Origin: Planctomycetota bacterium
Lineage (GTDB): Bacteria > Planctomycetota > B15-G4
Assembly (NCBI GenBank): GCA_038212275.1
Contig: JBBQUR010000011.1
Span: forward strand, 1 to 64,000
Reading direction: 5' to 3'
DNA length: 64,000 nucleotides
The translations under genes and the position numbers were made by a program. Positions 8,670 to 18,281 of the stretch are shown in pieces. The notes beneath the pieces were generated by a model. That model did no database searches. It saw nothing but the letters and a program-made list of their open reading frames with translations, and was not told the origin of the DNA. Within the stretch, counting starts at the first letter, position 1. Each line of letters opens with the position of its first letter.

Positions 8670-10903
8670 CGACGCGCGTGCGCGGCGACACGCTCTTCGA
8701 TGCCGGCGACCCGCAGCGGCAGCCCGCCGGCGTGGACGCCGAACCGCGCGCCGAGCTGCAGGGCACGCTCTTCTCCATCACCTTCCGCAACGACGAAAAC
8801 GGCTACACCGTCGCGCGGCTGGAGCCCGACGAGGCCGGGCCGATGGTCACGGTCGTGGGCGTGATGCCCGGTGTCGAACCGGGCGACTCGGTGCGCGTCG
8901 AGGGCCGCTGGACGCGCCACGCCACCTTCGGCGTCCAGCTCGACGTGAAGCGCTGCGAGCTGCGCCTGCCCACCGGTCGCAACGGGCTCATCAAGTTTCT
9001 CGGCGGCGGCCGCATCAAGGGCGTCGGGCCGAAGACCGCCGAGAAGATCGTGGACACGCTCGGCCTCGACGTGCTCGACCGCCTGACGCAGCATCCCGCG
9101 CTGCTCTCCGGCGTGCCCGGCGTGTCGCGCGAGAAGGCCAAGGCCATCCTGGCGCAACTCTCCGAGCAGCGTGTCGCGGCATCGGCGCTCGTCTTCCTGC
9201 AGGAGCACGGCCTCGGCCCCAGCCAGGCGCTGCGCGCCTTCCGCCGCTACGGCGAACGCACGGCGGAACTGGTGCGCAGCAACCCGTGGCGGCTCGCGCA
9301 GGACGTGTACGGCATCGGCTTCCGTACCGCGGATGGCGTCGCACGCAGCCTCGGGCACGCGGCGGATTCTCCCCACCGCATCGCCGCGGGCCTCGCGCAC
9401 CTGCTCGGGCAGGCGGCGCAGGACGGGCACGTCGGCGTGCCGGACGACCTGCTGCTCGGCAAGTCCGCGGCCTTCCTCGAGGTGGACGAGATGGCGGTGC
9501 AGACCGTGCTCGAGGAGTGCCTCGACGACGGCCGGCTCGCACGCGACGGCCTGCTCTACCTGCCCGAACTGCTGGCCGCGGAACGCTCCGTCGCGCAGCA
9601 CCTGCGCGCGCTGGTGGACGAACCGCGGCCGCTGGTGGACATCGCCTTCGACGCGGCCATCGCGCTCTCGGAGCGGCGCCGCAAGCTGCAGCTCGCGCCC
9701 GACCAGGCCGCGGCGCTCACCGTCGCGCTGGGTTCGCGCGTGTCGGTCATCACCGGCGGCCCGGGCGTGGGCAAGACGACCATCGTGCGCTGCCTGCTGG
9801 ACATCCTGCTCGCGCAGGGCCAGCGCGTGGCGCTCGCGGCGCCGACGGGTCGCGCCGCGCGAAGGCTCGCAGCCTCCACGCAGGCCGAGGCTTTCACGCT
9901 GCATCGGCTGCTCGGGCTGACACCGTCCGGCGCGTTCACGGCGCACGCGTCGTCGGACTCGGAGCGCGAGCCGCTCGCGATCGACGTGCTCATCGTGGAC
10001 GAGATGTCCATGGTGGACATCGCGCTCATGTCCGCGGCGCTCGCCGCGCTGCCGGAGCACTGCGGCCTGGTGCTCGTGGGCGACGTGGACCAGCTTCCGT
10101 CCGTGGGTCCGGGCGAGGTGCTTGCCGCGTGCATCGACAGCGGCGTCGTGCCGGTGGCGCGGCTCTCCACCATCTTCCGGCAGGCGGAGCACAGCGGCAT
10201 CGTGCGTGTCGCGCACGAGCTGAACGCCGGCGAGGTGCCGGCCTTTGACGAGCGACCGGACGGCCAGGCCTTCTTCGTCGAGCGCGCGGACACGGGCGCG
10301 GTGCTCGAGGCGCTGCGCGCGATGGTCGTCGAGCGCATCCCGGCGCGTTTCGGCCTGCACCCGCTGCGCGACGTGCAGGTGCTGACGCCGGTGCACAGCG
10401 GCCCGCTCGGCACGATCGCGCTCAACGAGATGCTGCGCGAGGCGCTCAACCCCGCCTCGCCGCGGCGGCGCGAACTCGCGCGTTTCGGGCGCACCTTCCG
10501 CGAAGGCGACAAGGTCATGCAGGTGAAGAACAACTACGACCTGAATGTTTTCAACGGCGACATCGGCGAGCTGGTGCGCGTGGACGAGGACGCGGCCGTC
10601 GCGGCGGTGCAGTTCGACGACCGCCGCGTCGAATACGGATTGGACGGCCTGGATCAGCTCGAGCCGGCCTTCGCGATCACCTGTCACAAGAGCCAGGGCA
10701 GCGAGTTTCCCGCCGTGGTGCTGCCGCTCGTGCCCGCCCACTTCATGATGCTGAAGCGCAACCTCGTCTACACCGCCATCACGCGCGCCCGGCGGGTGCT
10801 GGTGGTCATCGGCCAGCAGCGCGCGCTGCAGATGGCGGCCACGACCAGCGGCGCGCGCACCCGCCACGGCCGCCTCGCGGAGCGCCTGCGCGGCGACGAC
10901 TGA
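8666..10903 (+). CDS. recD2: ATP-dependent RecD-like DNA helicase (SF1B)
   Basis: FRNDENGYTV N-terminus, HhH motif IKGVGPKTA, NPWRL, Walker A GGPGVGKT, VDEMSMVD, VGDVDQLPSVGPG, GDKVMQVKNNY, HKSQGSEF, YTAITRA. GTG start overlaps the upstream TGA. Confidence 0.95.
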   Translation: MTTRVRGDTLFDAGDPQRQPAGVDAEPRAELQGTLFSITFRNDENGYTVARLEPDEAGPMVTVVGVMPGVEPGDSVRVEGRWTRHATFGVQLDVKRCELRLPTGRNGLIKFLGGGRIKGVGPKTAEKIVDTLGLDVLDRLTQHPALLSGVPGVSREKAKAILAQLSEQRVAASALVFLQEHGLGPSQALRAFRRYGERTAELVRSNPWRLAQDVYGIGFRTADGVARSLGHAADSPHRIAAGLAHLLGQAAQDGHVGVPDDLLLGKSAAFLEVDEMAVQTVLEECLDDGRLARDGLLYLPELLAAERSVAQHLRALVDEPRPLVDIAFDAAIALSERRRKLQLAPDQAAALTVALGSRVSVITGGPGVGKTTIVRCLLDILLAQGQRVALAAPTGRAARRLAASTQAEAFTLHRLLGLTPSGAFTAHASSDSEREPLAIDVLIVDEMSMVDIALMSAALAALPEHCGLVLVGDVDQLPSVGPGEVLAACIDSGVVPVARLSTIFRQAEHSGIVRVAHELNAGEVPAFDERPDGQAFFVERADTGAVLEALRAMVVERIPARFGLHPLRDVQVLTPVHSGPLGTIALNEMLREALNPASPRRRELARFGRTFREGDKVMQVKNNYDLNVFNGDIGELVRVDEDAAVAAVQFDDRRVEYGLDGLDQLEPAFAITCHKSQGSEFPAVVLPLVPAHFMMLKRNLVYTAITRARRVLVVIGQQRALQMAATTSGARTRHGRLAERLRGDD

Positions 10904-10978
10904 CAAGGCGCCCCTCCCGCGCGCAGGAAACCGTGGTAGGCTCCCGGAGAAATCTCAGGGGCCCCACAACACGCCGTC

Positions 10979-13798
10979 ATGGCACTTCCGCGCGCGTCCA
11001 TCGTGCTGCCGTTGCTCATCGTCCTTGCCGGCACGGCGGGATGGATGCAGTTGCGTGCGCGTCCTGCTCCGCCGCCGGCCTCGCTCCAGATCGATGCCAC
11101 CTCGAACTGGTTCCTGCGATCGGCCGGCGACGACTCACCTCGCTACGGGCGGCCGCCCGATTCCGGGCCGGGCGTCGAGCTGCAGCCAGGAACCACCTTC
11201 CGCCTGACGGATGAGGACTACGAGCTTCAGCGCTACGCCACGCTCGGCTTCAAGCTGAAGACCCCCGCAGCGGACACGCTCATCGAGCTCGCACTGCGCG
11301 AGACGCCCGAAGCAGCGACGGTGCTGGAATTCGTCCCGGGCTCGTCCATGCCCGCGCGCGCCGTGCTGCGCCGGACCGGCGCGGAGGACGTCGTGCTGGC
11401 CGAGTCCTCGCCGGCAGGCCCGCCGCCGTCACGAGGCAATTCGCTGCAGCTCGCGTTGCGCATCGACGGCTCGCATTACGCCGCGGCGCTGGACGGTCAG
11501 CGTCTGCTCGAGTGGGACGCACCGGGGCTCAAGCATGGCTACGTCTCGCTGCGCGTGCAGCACGGCGCGCTCCGCGTGCAGCAGCTCAACGCGACGGGAA
11601 GGCAGACCAACCAGCACGGTGCATGGCGCGACTTCTCGCTTTCCGAGATCCTCACGGACCCCGCACCCGCTCCGACCGGCCCCGTGCACCTCGAGAGCCT
11701 GCTCCTCGCGCTGACTGCGGCAGCAGCCGCAGCCTGGCTGCTGCGCGCCCTGTGCGTGACGCGCCCGGCCCCCGGGGATCTGGCCGCCGCCACGTTGCTG
11801 CTGCTCGCAGGACCGGCGCTGCCGCTCGCCCTCTCCGCGATCAGGCCGGTGCCCTCTCTCGTGTGGGTGTGCCTGATCCTCGCCGTGCTCATGCTGCCGC
11901 TCGCACTCGTGCCGGTGTCTTCGGCCTTGCGCGGCTTCACGCAGCAAGGGCGCGTCAGCATCTGGTTGTCTCTGGGGCTGGCCTTCGCCATCGCCACGGG
12001 GACGGCCGTGCTCTGCGGCCGTCACTCCGCAGCGGCCCTGGTGCCGGTGATCGAGCGCGAGCAGGTCGCGCAGGAGACGCCGCTCGCTCCCGATTGGACT
12101 GCGGCAACCGCAGCGCTGGACGCCGGCAATGCGCTGGAGGTCCCGCAGCTCCGTCGCGACATGCTGGTCACCGCGACGGTGCTGCTCGAACCTGACAGCG
12201 CACTTGCGGTTCGCCTGCGCGCGCCTGAGCGCCAGATCGCGCGCGGCATTCTGTTCACGCTGTCCGGGTCACCCTCGCTGCGCACCGGCTTTCGCCTGGA
12301 GGACTTCACGCGCTTCGATGAGATGGCGGAAACCGACGCGGCCGTTCCGACCGACCACCCCTGCCAGCTCGCACTGGAAGTGCGCGGGACAACCTACGTC
12401 GCACGGCTCGATGACCGAGAACTGGTCCGCATCGAGGACCGAAGCTACGCCGCAGGCAGCGTGCTCTTCCTCGCGCAGCGTGGCTCCGTGAGGCTGCGCG
12501 ACGTGAAGGTCGTTTCGCTGGAGGCCGACACGCGGCTGCCTTCGATGCTCGAGGCGCAGCTCTCCGGCGCGCTGCTGCCGCTGGCTGCGCTGCTCTGGGC
12601 GCTGTGCGCATCGCTCCTGCTGCGGCAGCCTGTGCGCGTCGCATGCGGTGTCGGCGCCTGCGCACTGCTTCCGCTGGCGCTGGCCTTCGTGCTCGTGCCC
12701 CGCAACAACTTCACCTCCGACACGGTCCTGTTCGCCGGCAGTTGCGCCGCGGCCGTGCTTGGAGTGCACGCGCTCGTCCATGGCCCGCGTTCCCGGCGCC
12801 CCGTCCTGACGACGCTGGCGCTGCTGCTGCTCGCCGTCGGCACGTGGGCCGTGGCTCTCCCGCACGCCATCGATGAGCGCGCGCTGGTCGACGGCAGCGA
12901 CCTCAACCGGATGAGTTACGCGGACTGGACCGGCGACAGACTCGACGCCGACCTGCTGTCGCTGCAGCATCCGCTGCTCCGCCGCTGGAACGACTGGCTC
13001 GCAAGACACCGCTTCCGCGAGCGCATCGTCTCCCTTCAACGCCGGCAGGGCGTGCCACGCGTCATGACGCTGGGCGGCAGCAGCACCTGGGGCTACCGCA
13101 TCCCTCCCGACTCCGGAGCCGATTGGCCCGCGCAGCTCGAACGGCTGCTCCAGCCGCAGATTCCTGTCGAGGTGGTCAACGCCGGCTTCGTCGGAGCCAC
13201 GAGCAACCGCCTCTATCACTTCTTCCGCGAATCACTGCTGCCTTTCGCGCCGGACGTAGTCGTGCTCTGCGTGAGCTTCAACGACAGCACCGCTCAGGCG
13301 CAGGGCGACGAGGAGGCCTACCTTTCCGCCCTCACGGAACCGGGCCGGCGGCGCTCGTGGATCGATGACTGTTTCGCGCGCAAGGAGCGCGACAACGAAC
13401 GCGAGGCCCTGACCCGCGTCTTCGAGGCCCTGCCGCGCGACAGTCGCTCGACGCTTGAGCTGTGGCGGGAAGTAGGGATGACGTCGTCGCCACCGATGCG
13501 CTTCGAGCGCGCCCTGCGGCAATTCGCGGAGCTCTGCAAGGAGCGTGGCATCCGGCTCGTGCTGGTCAAGGAGCCGGTGGCGAGTGGCGCACGCATGGCA
13601 TGGAAGGAAGAGTTCTGTGCGGCCATCGACGCCGTCGGCGCAGACTTCAGCCTGCCGATCGTGGACCCGACCGAAGCGCTGGTCGCCGCCGGTGACCGGG
13701 ACCTGTTCATGGATCGCGTCCATCTCAAGCCGAGCGGCTGCGCCGTGGTGGCCGCGGAGGTGGCCCGCGCCGTCACCCCGCTGCTCGCCTCGCGATGA
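10979..13798 (+). CDS. multi-pass membrane protein with two beta-sandwich domains and a C-terminal SGNH/GDSL hydrolase domain
   Basis: Hydrophobic TM blocks; SGNH blocks TLGGSSTWG, VNAGFVG, SFNDS and FMDRVHL. Confidence 0.7.
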   Translation: MALPRASIVLPLLIVLAGTAGWMQLRARPAPPPASLQIDATSNWFLRSAGDDSPRYGRPPDSGPGVELQPGTTFRLTDEDYELQRYATLGFKLKTPAADTLIELALRETPEAATVLEFVPGSSMPARAVLRRTGAEDVVLAESSPAGPPPSRGNSLQLALRIDGSHYAAALDGQRLLEWDAPGLKHGYVSLRVQHGALRVQQLNATGRQTNQHGAWRDFSLSEILTDPAPAPTGPVHLESLLLALTAAAAAAWLLRALCVTRPAPGDLAAATLLLLAGPALPLALSAIRPVPSLVWVCLILAVLMLPLALVPVSSALRGFTQQGRVSIWLSLGLAFAIATGTAVLCGRHSAAALVPVIEREQVAQETPLAPDWTAATAALDAGNALEVPQLRRDMLVTATVLLEPDSALAVRLRAPERQIARGILFTLSGSPSLRTGFRLEDFTRFDEMAETDAAVPTDHPCQLALEVRGTTYVARLDDRELVRIEDRSYAAGSVLFLAQRGSVRLRDVKVVSLEADTRLPSMLEAQLSGALLPLAALLWALCASLLLRQPVRVACGVGACALLPLALAFVLVPRNNFTSDTVLFAGSCAAAVLGVHALVHGPRSRRPVLTTLALLLLAVGTWAVALPHAIDERALVDGSDLNRMSYADWTGDRLDADLLSLQHPLLRRWNDWLARHRFRERIVSLQRRQGVPRVMTLGGSSTWGYRIPPDSGADWPAQLERLLQPQIPVEVVNAGFVGATSNRLYHFFRESLLPFAPDVVVLCVSFNDSTAQAQGDEEAYLSALTEPGRRRSWIDDCFARKERDNEREALTRVFEALPRDSRSTLELWREVGMTSSPPMRFERALRQFAELCKERGIRLVLVKEPVASGARMAWKEEFCAAIDAVGADFSLPIVDPTEALVAAGDRDLFMDRVHLKPSGCAVVAAEVARAVTPLLASR

Positions 13799-13877
13799 GC
13801 ACCGGCGCCGATCGCTGAGCGTCGTGCGTGCGGCCGTCCCGTGCGCAAGGGCCCGCGGGACGGCGCGCCTCGTCCCG

Positions 13878-14147
13878 TCAGCGCGCGCTGCGGGCCTCGA
13901 CGGCGGCCAGCACGGCCCGCCGCTGGTCGCTGCTCATGCAGGTCCAATGCACGATTTCGTCGACGGTGCGACCGCAACCCGTGCACAGATTGCTCGCGTC
14001 GAGGATGCACAGGCCCGTGCAGGGGCTGGTCACCCAGCTTTCGGGCGAGTCTCCGTCGCTGACGGAGCGCGTGCCGGCAGGCAGGTCCCCTTGCGCCGGC
14101 GGGCCACCATGAGTGCTGGGCGGCGTGTCGTGTGACCCGTGGAGCAT
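13878..14147 (-). CDS. DUF1289-family small Cys protein
   Basis: SPCTGLCILD...CTGCGRTVDEIVHW; TAGACT box 10 nt upstream. Confidence 0.8.
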   Translation of the reverse strand: MLHGSHDTPPSTHGGPPAQGDLPAGTRSVSDGDSPESWVTSPCTGLCILDASNLCTGCGRTVDEIVHWTCMSSDQRRAVLAAVEARSAR

Positions 14148-14204
14148 GCTGCGATGGAGTCTAGCAGTCCTTGCACCGCCGTGCGCGGGCGGGATTCGCG
14201 GGAC

Positions 14205-15593
14205 TCAGCCTCTCTCCGCCGCATTGGTCTCCGCCGCATTGGCGTAGGTGAAGGCATTGTCCCAGCGCTCGTCGAGCAGACGCTGGGCTTCCACGATCGG
14301 GACGGCGCGCAGGCGGCCGTCGGCGTCCGCGCTCACGAGACCGAAGCGCGTGAGCTTGACCAGCGCGTCGTCCACCTCGAAGTCCAGCTCGACGCCGTGG
14401 CGTTCCGCGAACCAGGCCTCGACACGCGCATCGAGTTCCGCTTCGGTGAGCCCGGACAAGGCGAAGCCGGAACGTCCCGCAGCGCCGGCCCGACCCGTCG
14501 CGGCGTGCCCGCCGTCGGGCGTGGCGCCCTGCTCGACTTGCGCCCGCAGCAGAAAGCAGTAGGCGAGCACGGCCTCCTTGGTCTCCTCTTCCTCCGCTTC
14601 GTCCACGAGCCGGTGAAACACGCCCGCGTTGTTGTCGAGATTGCGGAAGTACAGGCTGTCCGAGAGCGCCTTCATGAACTTGATGCGGCGGTTCTTGTAG
14701 TTGGAGAAGATCTTGAAGAAGTGCACGGCGAGGGCGAAGCAGCCGAGGCCCAGCGCGACGAGCTGTTCCGTGCCGACCTCCACCTTGTCTTTCCGGAAGC
14801 CCAGCCAGAACGCGCAGAGGCCGAACAGGAAAAGCAGCGAGGCCGAGAGCTTGGTGAGCATCACGACCAGGCCGCCGAGCACCGCCGGCACGCCGAGCAT
14901 CGCGCGGTCCATCGGGCGCATGCGAACGTCCACGTTGGGCAGCAGCATCTCGAGGTCCACGCACGGCACGTGACGGAAAAGCTTGAGGATGGTGCTGCCA
15001 GGCACCCAGGGAAGGTCCTTGCGCTCCTGCGCCGCAAAGTGCGCGGCGTCCTGGAAGCGTGCGAAGAGCACGACGCGCTCGTAGGCCTGAAGGCTCACGG
15101 GCACCGGCTTGCGGAGCAGCCGTTTGCGCACGGTGCTCTCGGTGCGGCGGCCGCGCACGAAGAAGGCCAGCTCCGCGAAGTCGGTCAGATCCGTGAAGAC
15201 GCGCACGCCGAAGTCCGACTCCTCGGCGAGCGCTCGATCGAGCTCCGCCTGACTGAGCCGGCGATAGTTGCCGCGTTCAAGCAGCGCAGCCAGCGCCGCC
15301 GACAGCCGCGCCCGCCGCGCGCCGACGTCGCCCTCACCGCCGAGGGTGGCGCCCGGTGCGCTGCTTGGTGGGCGCGTGTCGGCATCCGGATTGAAGGGCG
15401 CGTAGAGCGCCTTCAGCTCCTCGAGGCGCTCGTGGAACTCGAAGTGAAAGGTGCTGGCAAGAATGCCGCACAGGCCGGTGAGTTCGACGCGCTCCGCGGG
15501 CGACCAGCGCGGGTCCGCCAGGCAGGCTGCCACGACATCGGCCCGCGAGAACGGGATGAAGTGCTCGCGCTCCGGCTGACTCGACTCGGGCAT
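14205..15593 (-). CDS. TMEM143/DUF3754-family membrane protein
   Basis: REHFIPF, LKALYAPFNPD, LKLFRHVPCVDLEMLLP, LYFRNLDNNAGV...AEEEETKEAVLAY, DFEVDDALVKL. Confidence 0.85.
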   Translation of the reverse strand: MPESSQPEREHFIPFSRADVVAACLADPRWSPAERVELTGLCGILASTFHFEFHERLEELKALYAPFNPDADTRPPSSAPGATLGGEGDVGARRARLSAALAALLERGNYRRLSQAELDRALAEESDFGVRVFTDLTDFAELAFFVRGRRTESTVRKRLLRKPVPVSLQAYERVVLFARFQDAAHFAAQERKDLPWVPGSTILKLFRHVPCVDLEMLLPNVDVRMRPMDRAMLGVPAVLGGLVVMLTKLSASLLFLFGLCAFWLGFRKDKVEVGTEQLVALGLGCFALAVHFFKIFSNYKNRRIKFMKALSDSLYFRNLDNNAGVFHRLVDEAEEEETKEAVLAYCFLLRAQVEQGATPDGGHAATGRAGAAGRSGFALSGLTEAELDARVEAWFAERHGVELDFEVDDALVKLTRFGLVSADADGRLRAVPIVEAQRLLDERWDNAFTYANAAETNAAERG

Positions 15594-15628
15594 GCGGCCT
15601 CTCGCGGGGACGGGGACGGGGGGAGAGT

Positions 15629-16987
15629 CTAGTGTCCCGGCGCGCGTGATTCCCGGGGCGCGGACTTCATGTCGTCCAGCGCGGCGCGCAGCACGGACGT
15701 CGGATAGAAGGTGCCGCGCCACAGCACGCCGCCACGGCGCCAGCCCATGAATCCGGCGCGCACGAACATCCATGCGGTGAGCAGCGAGGCCACCGGCAAC
15801 AGCAGCAGCGGAGCAAGCCGCGCACTCATCCAGCGCGCCGACACGACTGCGACGACGCCACCGGAGAGCAGCGCGGCACCGGCGAGCCACGCCAGCCAGA
15901 GCGGCCACGCGGCGGTGGCGACGCCGGCGGCGACAGTGGCGGCGGTGGCAACGCCGGCAGCGCTAGTGGCGGCGGTGGCGACGGTGGCCGCCGCCGACGC
16001 GCCATCCCCGCTGGTCACGCCCGGCGCCGCCGCACCGGGGAAGGCCAGCGCCAGCGCCACGAAGGGCGCGGCATCGAGCGCGAGCAGCACGCAGGCCATC
16101 GCGATGAGTCGCCACGGGCGGCACTGGCCTCCGTATCCGTAGAGACCCTTTTCCAGGCCGGCCAGCATCTGCCCCACGCTCGTGTACCAGTGCAGCATGA
16201 CCTGCCCGCGCCCGTTCACCGCGAACTGCCGCGCGCCGGAGCGTTTGAGGAAATGCCCGAGCATCACATCGTCGGCGACGGCGAGGCGCAGTCGCGTGAA
16301 ACCGCCGATGGACTCCCACGCCGTGCGGCGCACGAGGTTGAACGCACCGACGCCGATCGACGCGCTGCTGCGCGGATTGCTCACGGCCCAGAGCCGGCTG
16401 CCGAGGATGAACAACCGGCCGAAGCTGGCGATGACCGCGTCGAGCATCGCGCCGCTGGACCAGATCTGCGGCAGCGCGACGAGATGGTCGATGCCGCGTT
16501 CCTCGCAGAGCGCGATGGCGCGCTGAAGCGCGCCGGGCGCCAGGTGCACGTCGGCGTCGGTAAAGAGCAACCACTCGCCGCTGGCGGCGCGCGCGCCGAC
16601 CTCCATCGCGTGCACCTTGCCCAGCCAGCCATCCGGCAGTTCGCGCACGTGCAGCGACACCACGCGGGAGTCCTCCGCGGCCAGGGCGTCCACCAGCGCG
16701 GGCGTGCCGTCGCGACTGCGATCGTCGACGAGCACGAGCTGAAGTTCCGGGTAGCCGCAGGCGAGGCGCGAGCGCGCGGCCGCGGCAAGACCGTCCTGCT
16801 CGTCGCAGGCCGGGACGATCACGGAGATCGTCGGCCAGTTCGTCCGCGGCGCGGGCCGCACATCCTGCAGCACCGGCACCACGCGGAGGGCGGCCACGAC
16901 GGCCGCCGCCATCGCCAGCCAGAGCAGGCAGCCGACGGCGAGCGCCGCCGAGCACAGCAAATGCATCACGTCGAGTTCGCCGCCCAT
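15629..16987 (-). CDS. glycosyltransferase family 2 (HpnB/HpnI-like, membrane-bound)
   Basis: ISVIVPACDE, VDDRSRDGT, LPDGWLGKVHA, LLFTDADV, VADDVMLG, VLWRGTFY. Exact start uncertain. Confidence 0.88.
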   Translation of the reverse strand: MGGELDVMHLLCSAALAVGCLLWLAMAAAVVAALRVVPVLQDVRPAPRTNWPTISVIVPACDEQDGLAAAARSRLACGYPELQLVLVDDRSRDGTPALVDALAAEDSRVVSLHVRELPDGWLGKVHAMEVGARAASGEWLLFTDADVHLAPGALQRAIALCEERGIDHLVALPQIWSSGAMLDAVIASFGRLFILGSRLWAVSNPRSSASIGVGAFNLVRRTAWESIGGFTRLRLAVADDVMLGHFLKRSGARQFAVNGRGQVMLHWYTSVGQMLAGLEKGLYGYGGQCRPWRLIAMACVLLALDAAPFVALALAFPGAAAPGVTSGDGASAAATVATAATSAAGVATAATVAAGVATAAWPLWLAWLAGAALLSGGVVAVVSARWMSARLAPLLLLPVASLLTAWMFVRAGFMGWRRGGVLWRGTFYPTSVLRAALDDMKSAPRESRAPGH

Positions 16988-16997
16988 GCGGCCCGGC

Positions 16998-17714
16998 TCA
17001 GCCCGCGAGCCAGGCGAGGATGTCGGCCGTATCGGAAAGGTCGGACACGGCGCGCGTGGCGCCGCATGCGGACAGCTCGGCCACTGGATGAGCGCCGGTG
17101 GCCACGCCGAGCGACCGGCAACCGTGCGCTGCGGCGCAATCGATGTCGTGCGGCGTGTCACCGATGATCACGACCTCCTCGGCGCGCGCCGTGCGACCCG
17201 TCGCTTCCGTGAAGCGACGCAGCGCGACGGGAACCAGTTCGCGGCGGTGCTCGCCGTCGCAGCCCCAGGCCGCGACGGCGAAATGCTGCATCGAGAGCCC
17301 GGCGGCGCGCAGCTTCAGCTCGCCCGTCTCGGGGTAGTTGCCCGTGAGCAACCCGACGGTGAGCGCGTCGGACGACAGCCGGGATGCGGGCGGCGTCGCG
17401 CGGGCCGTCAGGGCGGAAAGCAGCTCCGGGACGCCTGGCAGCGCGAAGGCGAGGTTGCCGGCCTCGAGGCGGGCGCGCAGGTTTCCGGCGTAAACGGAGC
17501 GAAAGCGGTCGTGCTGCTCGCGCGCGTCGTCCTCGCTCACGCCGTTCAGCGCGCACAAGCTCCGCCAGATGAGCGGGTCGAGGCCGCCGCCGAAGTACAG
17601 CCCCTCGCGGTGAAAGTCGCGCGCGAAGAGCTCCCGTCCGGCATCGAGGAAGCACTGCATCCCGGCACCGCGGCTCAGCAGCAACGTGCCATCGATGTCG
17701 AACAGGATGAGCAT
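16998..17714 (-). CDS. HAD-superfamily hydrolase (phosphoglycolate phosphatase-like)
   Basis: MLILFDIDGTLL, GLLTGN, IIGDTPHDI, GVATG; TATGAT 6 nt upstream. Confidence 0.9.
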   Translation of the reverse strand: MLILFDIDGTLLLSRGAGMQCFLDAGRELFARDFHREGLYFGGGLDPLIWRSLCALNGVSEDDAREQHDRFRSVYAGNLRARLEAGNLAFALPGVPELLSALTARATPPASRLSSDALTVGLLTGNYPETGELKLRAAGLSMQHFAVAAWGCDGEHRRELVPVALRRFTEATGRTARAEEVVIIGDTPHDIDCAAAHGCRSLGVATGAHPVAELSACGATRAVSDLSDTADILAWLAG

Positions 17715-17730
17715 GGCGGGATCATAGCCG

Positions 17731-17826
17731 CGCCGTCGCGCGGTCGCGCGGTCGCGCGGTCGCGCCGTCGCGCGGTCTGGCGGCTTGGCGGCTTGGCGGC
17801 TTGCTGGTCTCGCGGTCAGGCGGCTC
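17731..17826. repeat. degenerate 8-bp tandem array (12 units: CGCGGTCG / GGCGGCTT variants)
   Basis: Read directly from the sequence; ends exactly at the palindrome. Confidence 0.85.
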
Positions 17827-17859
17827 GTGTGATGTTGAGGCACTGCCTCTACATCACAC
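17827..17859. repeat. palindromic element copy 1: GTGTGATGTTGAGGCA-C-TGCCTCTACATCACAC
   Basis: 16-bp arms with one mismatch; near-identical copy at 25749-25780. Confidence 0.9.
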
Positions 17860-17942
17860 AGCTCGACGGGAGCGGCATGCGGAGAGCCTTGAGCGCAGTC
17901 CTCGATGCAGTCCAAGCCGCAGTCCGCTAGACTGCGCGGTGC

Positions 17943-18260
17943 ATGGACAGCATTCCGGAAATCGAGGTCAAGGACGCCGCCTCACGCGTGAACGACGGCC
18001 GCACCGTGTTCATGGATGTGCGTGATCCGGGCAGCTTCCGCGCGGCCCGCATTCCGGGGGCTCTGCGCGTGGACGACGGCAGCATCCAGGACTTCCTGGA
18101 GACCACGGAGCGCGACCGCCCCGTGATCATCTACTGCTATCACGGTCACAGCAGCCTCGGCGGCGCGGCCTTCCTGCTGGAGCAGGGCTTCCGCGAAGTC
18201 TTCAGCCTGCACGGCGGCTTCGAGGCCTGGCGCGGACACCAGCCGCACGAGACCGGCTGA
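17943..18260 (+). CDS. glpE: thiosulfate sulfurtransferase (single-domain rhodanese)
   Basis: DVRDPGSF...IPGA, IIYCYHGHSS active-site loop, SLHGGFEAW. Confidence 0.85.
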   Translation: MDSIPEIEVKDAASRVNDGRTVFMDVRDPGSFRAARIPGALRVDDGSIQDFLETTERDRPVIIYCYHGHSSLGGAAFLLEQGFREVFSLHGGFEAWRGHQPHETG

Positions 18261-18281
18261 CCGTCCTCGGGCCGGCCGTCC

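Noticed and set aside
17827..17859. Palindrome as a CRISPR repeat or intrinsic terminator
   Set aside because: The copies are single and 8 kb apart with no spacers. There is no U-tract, and copy 1 lies between divergent genes.
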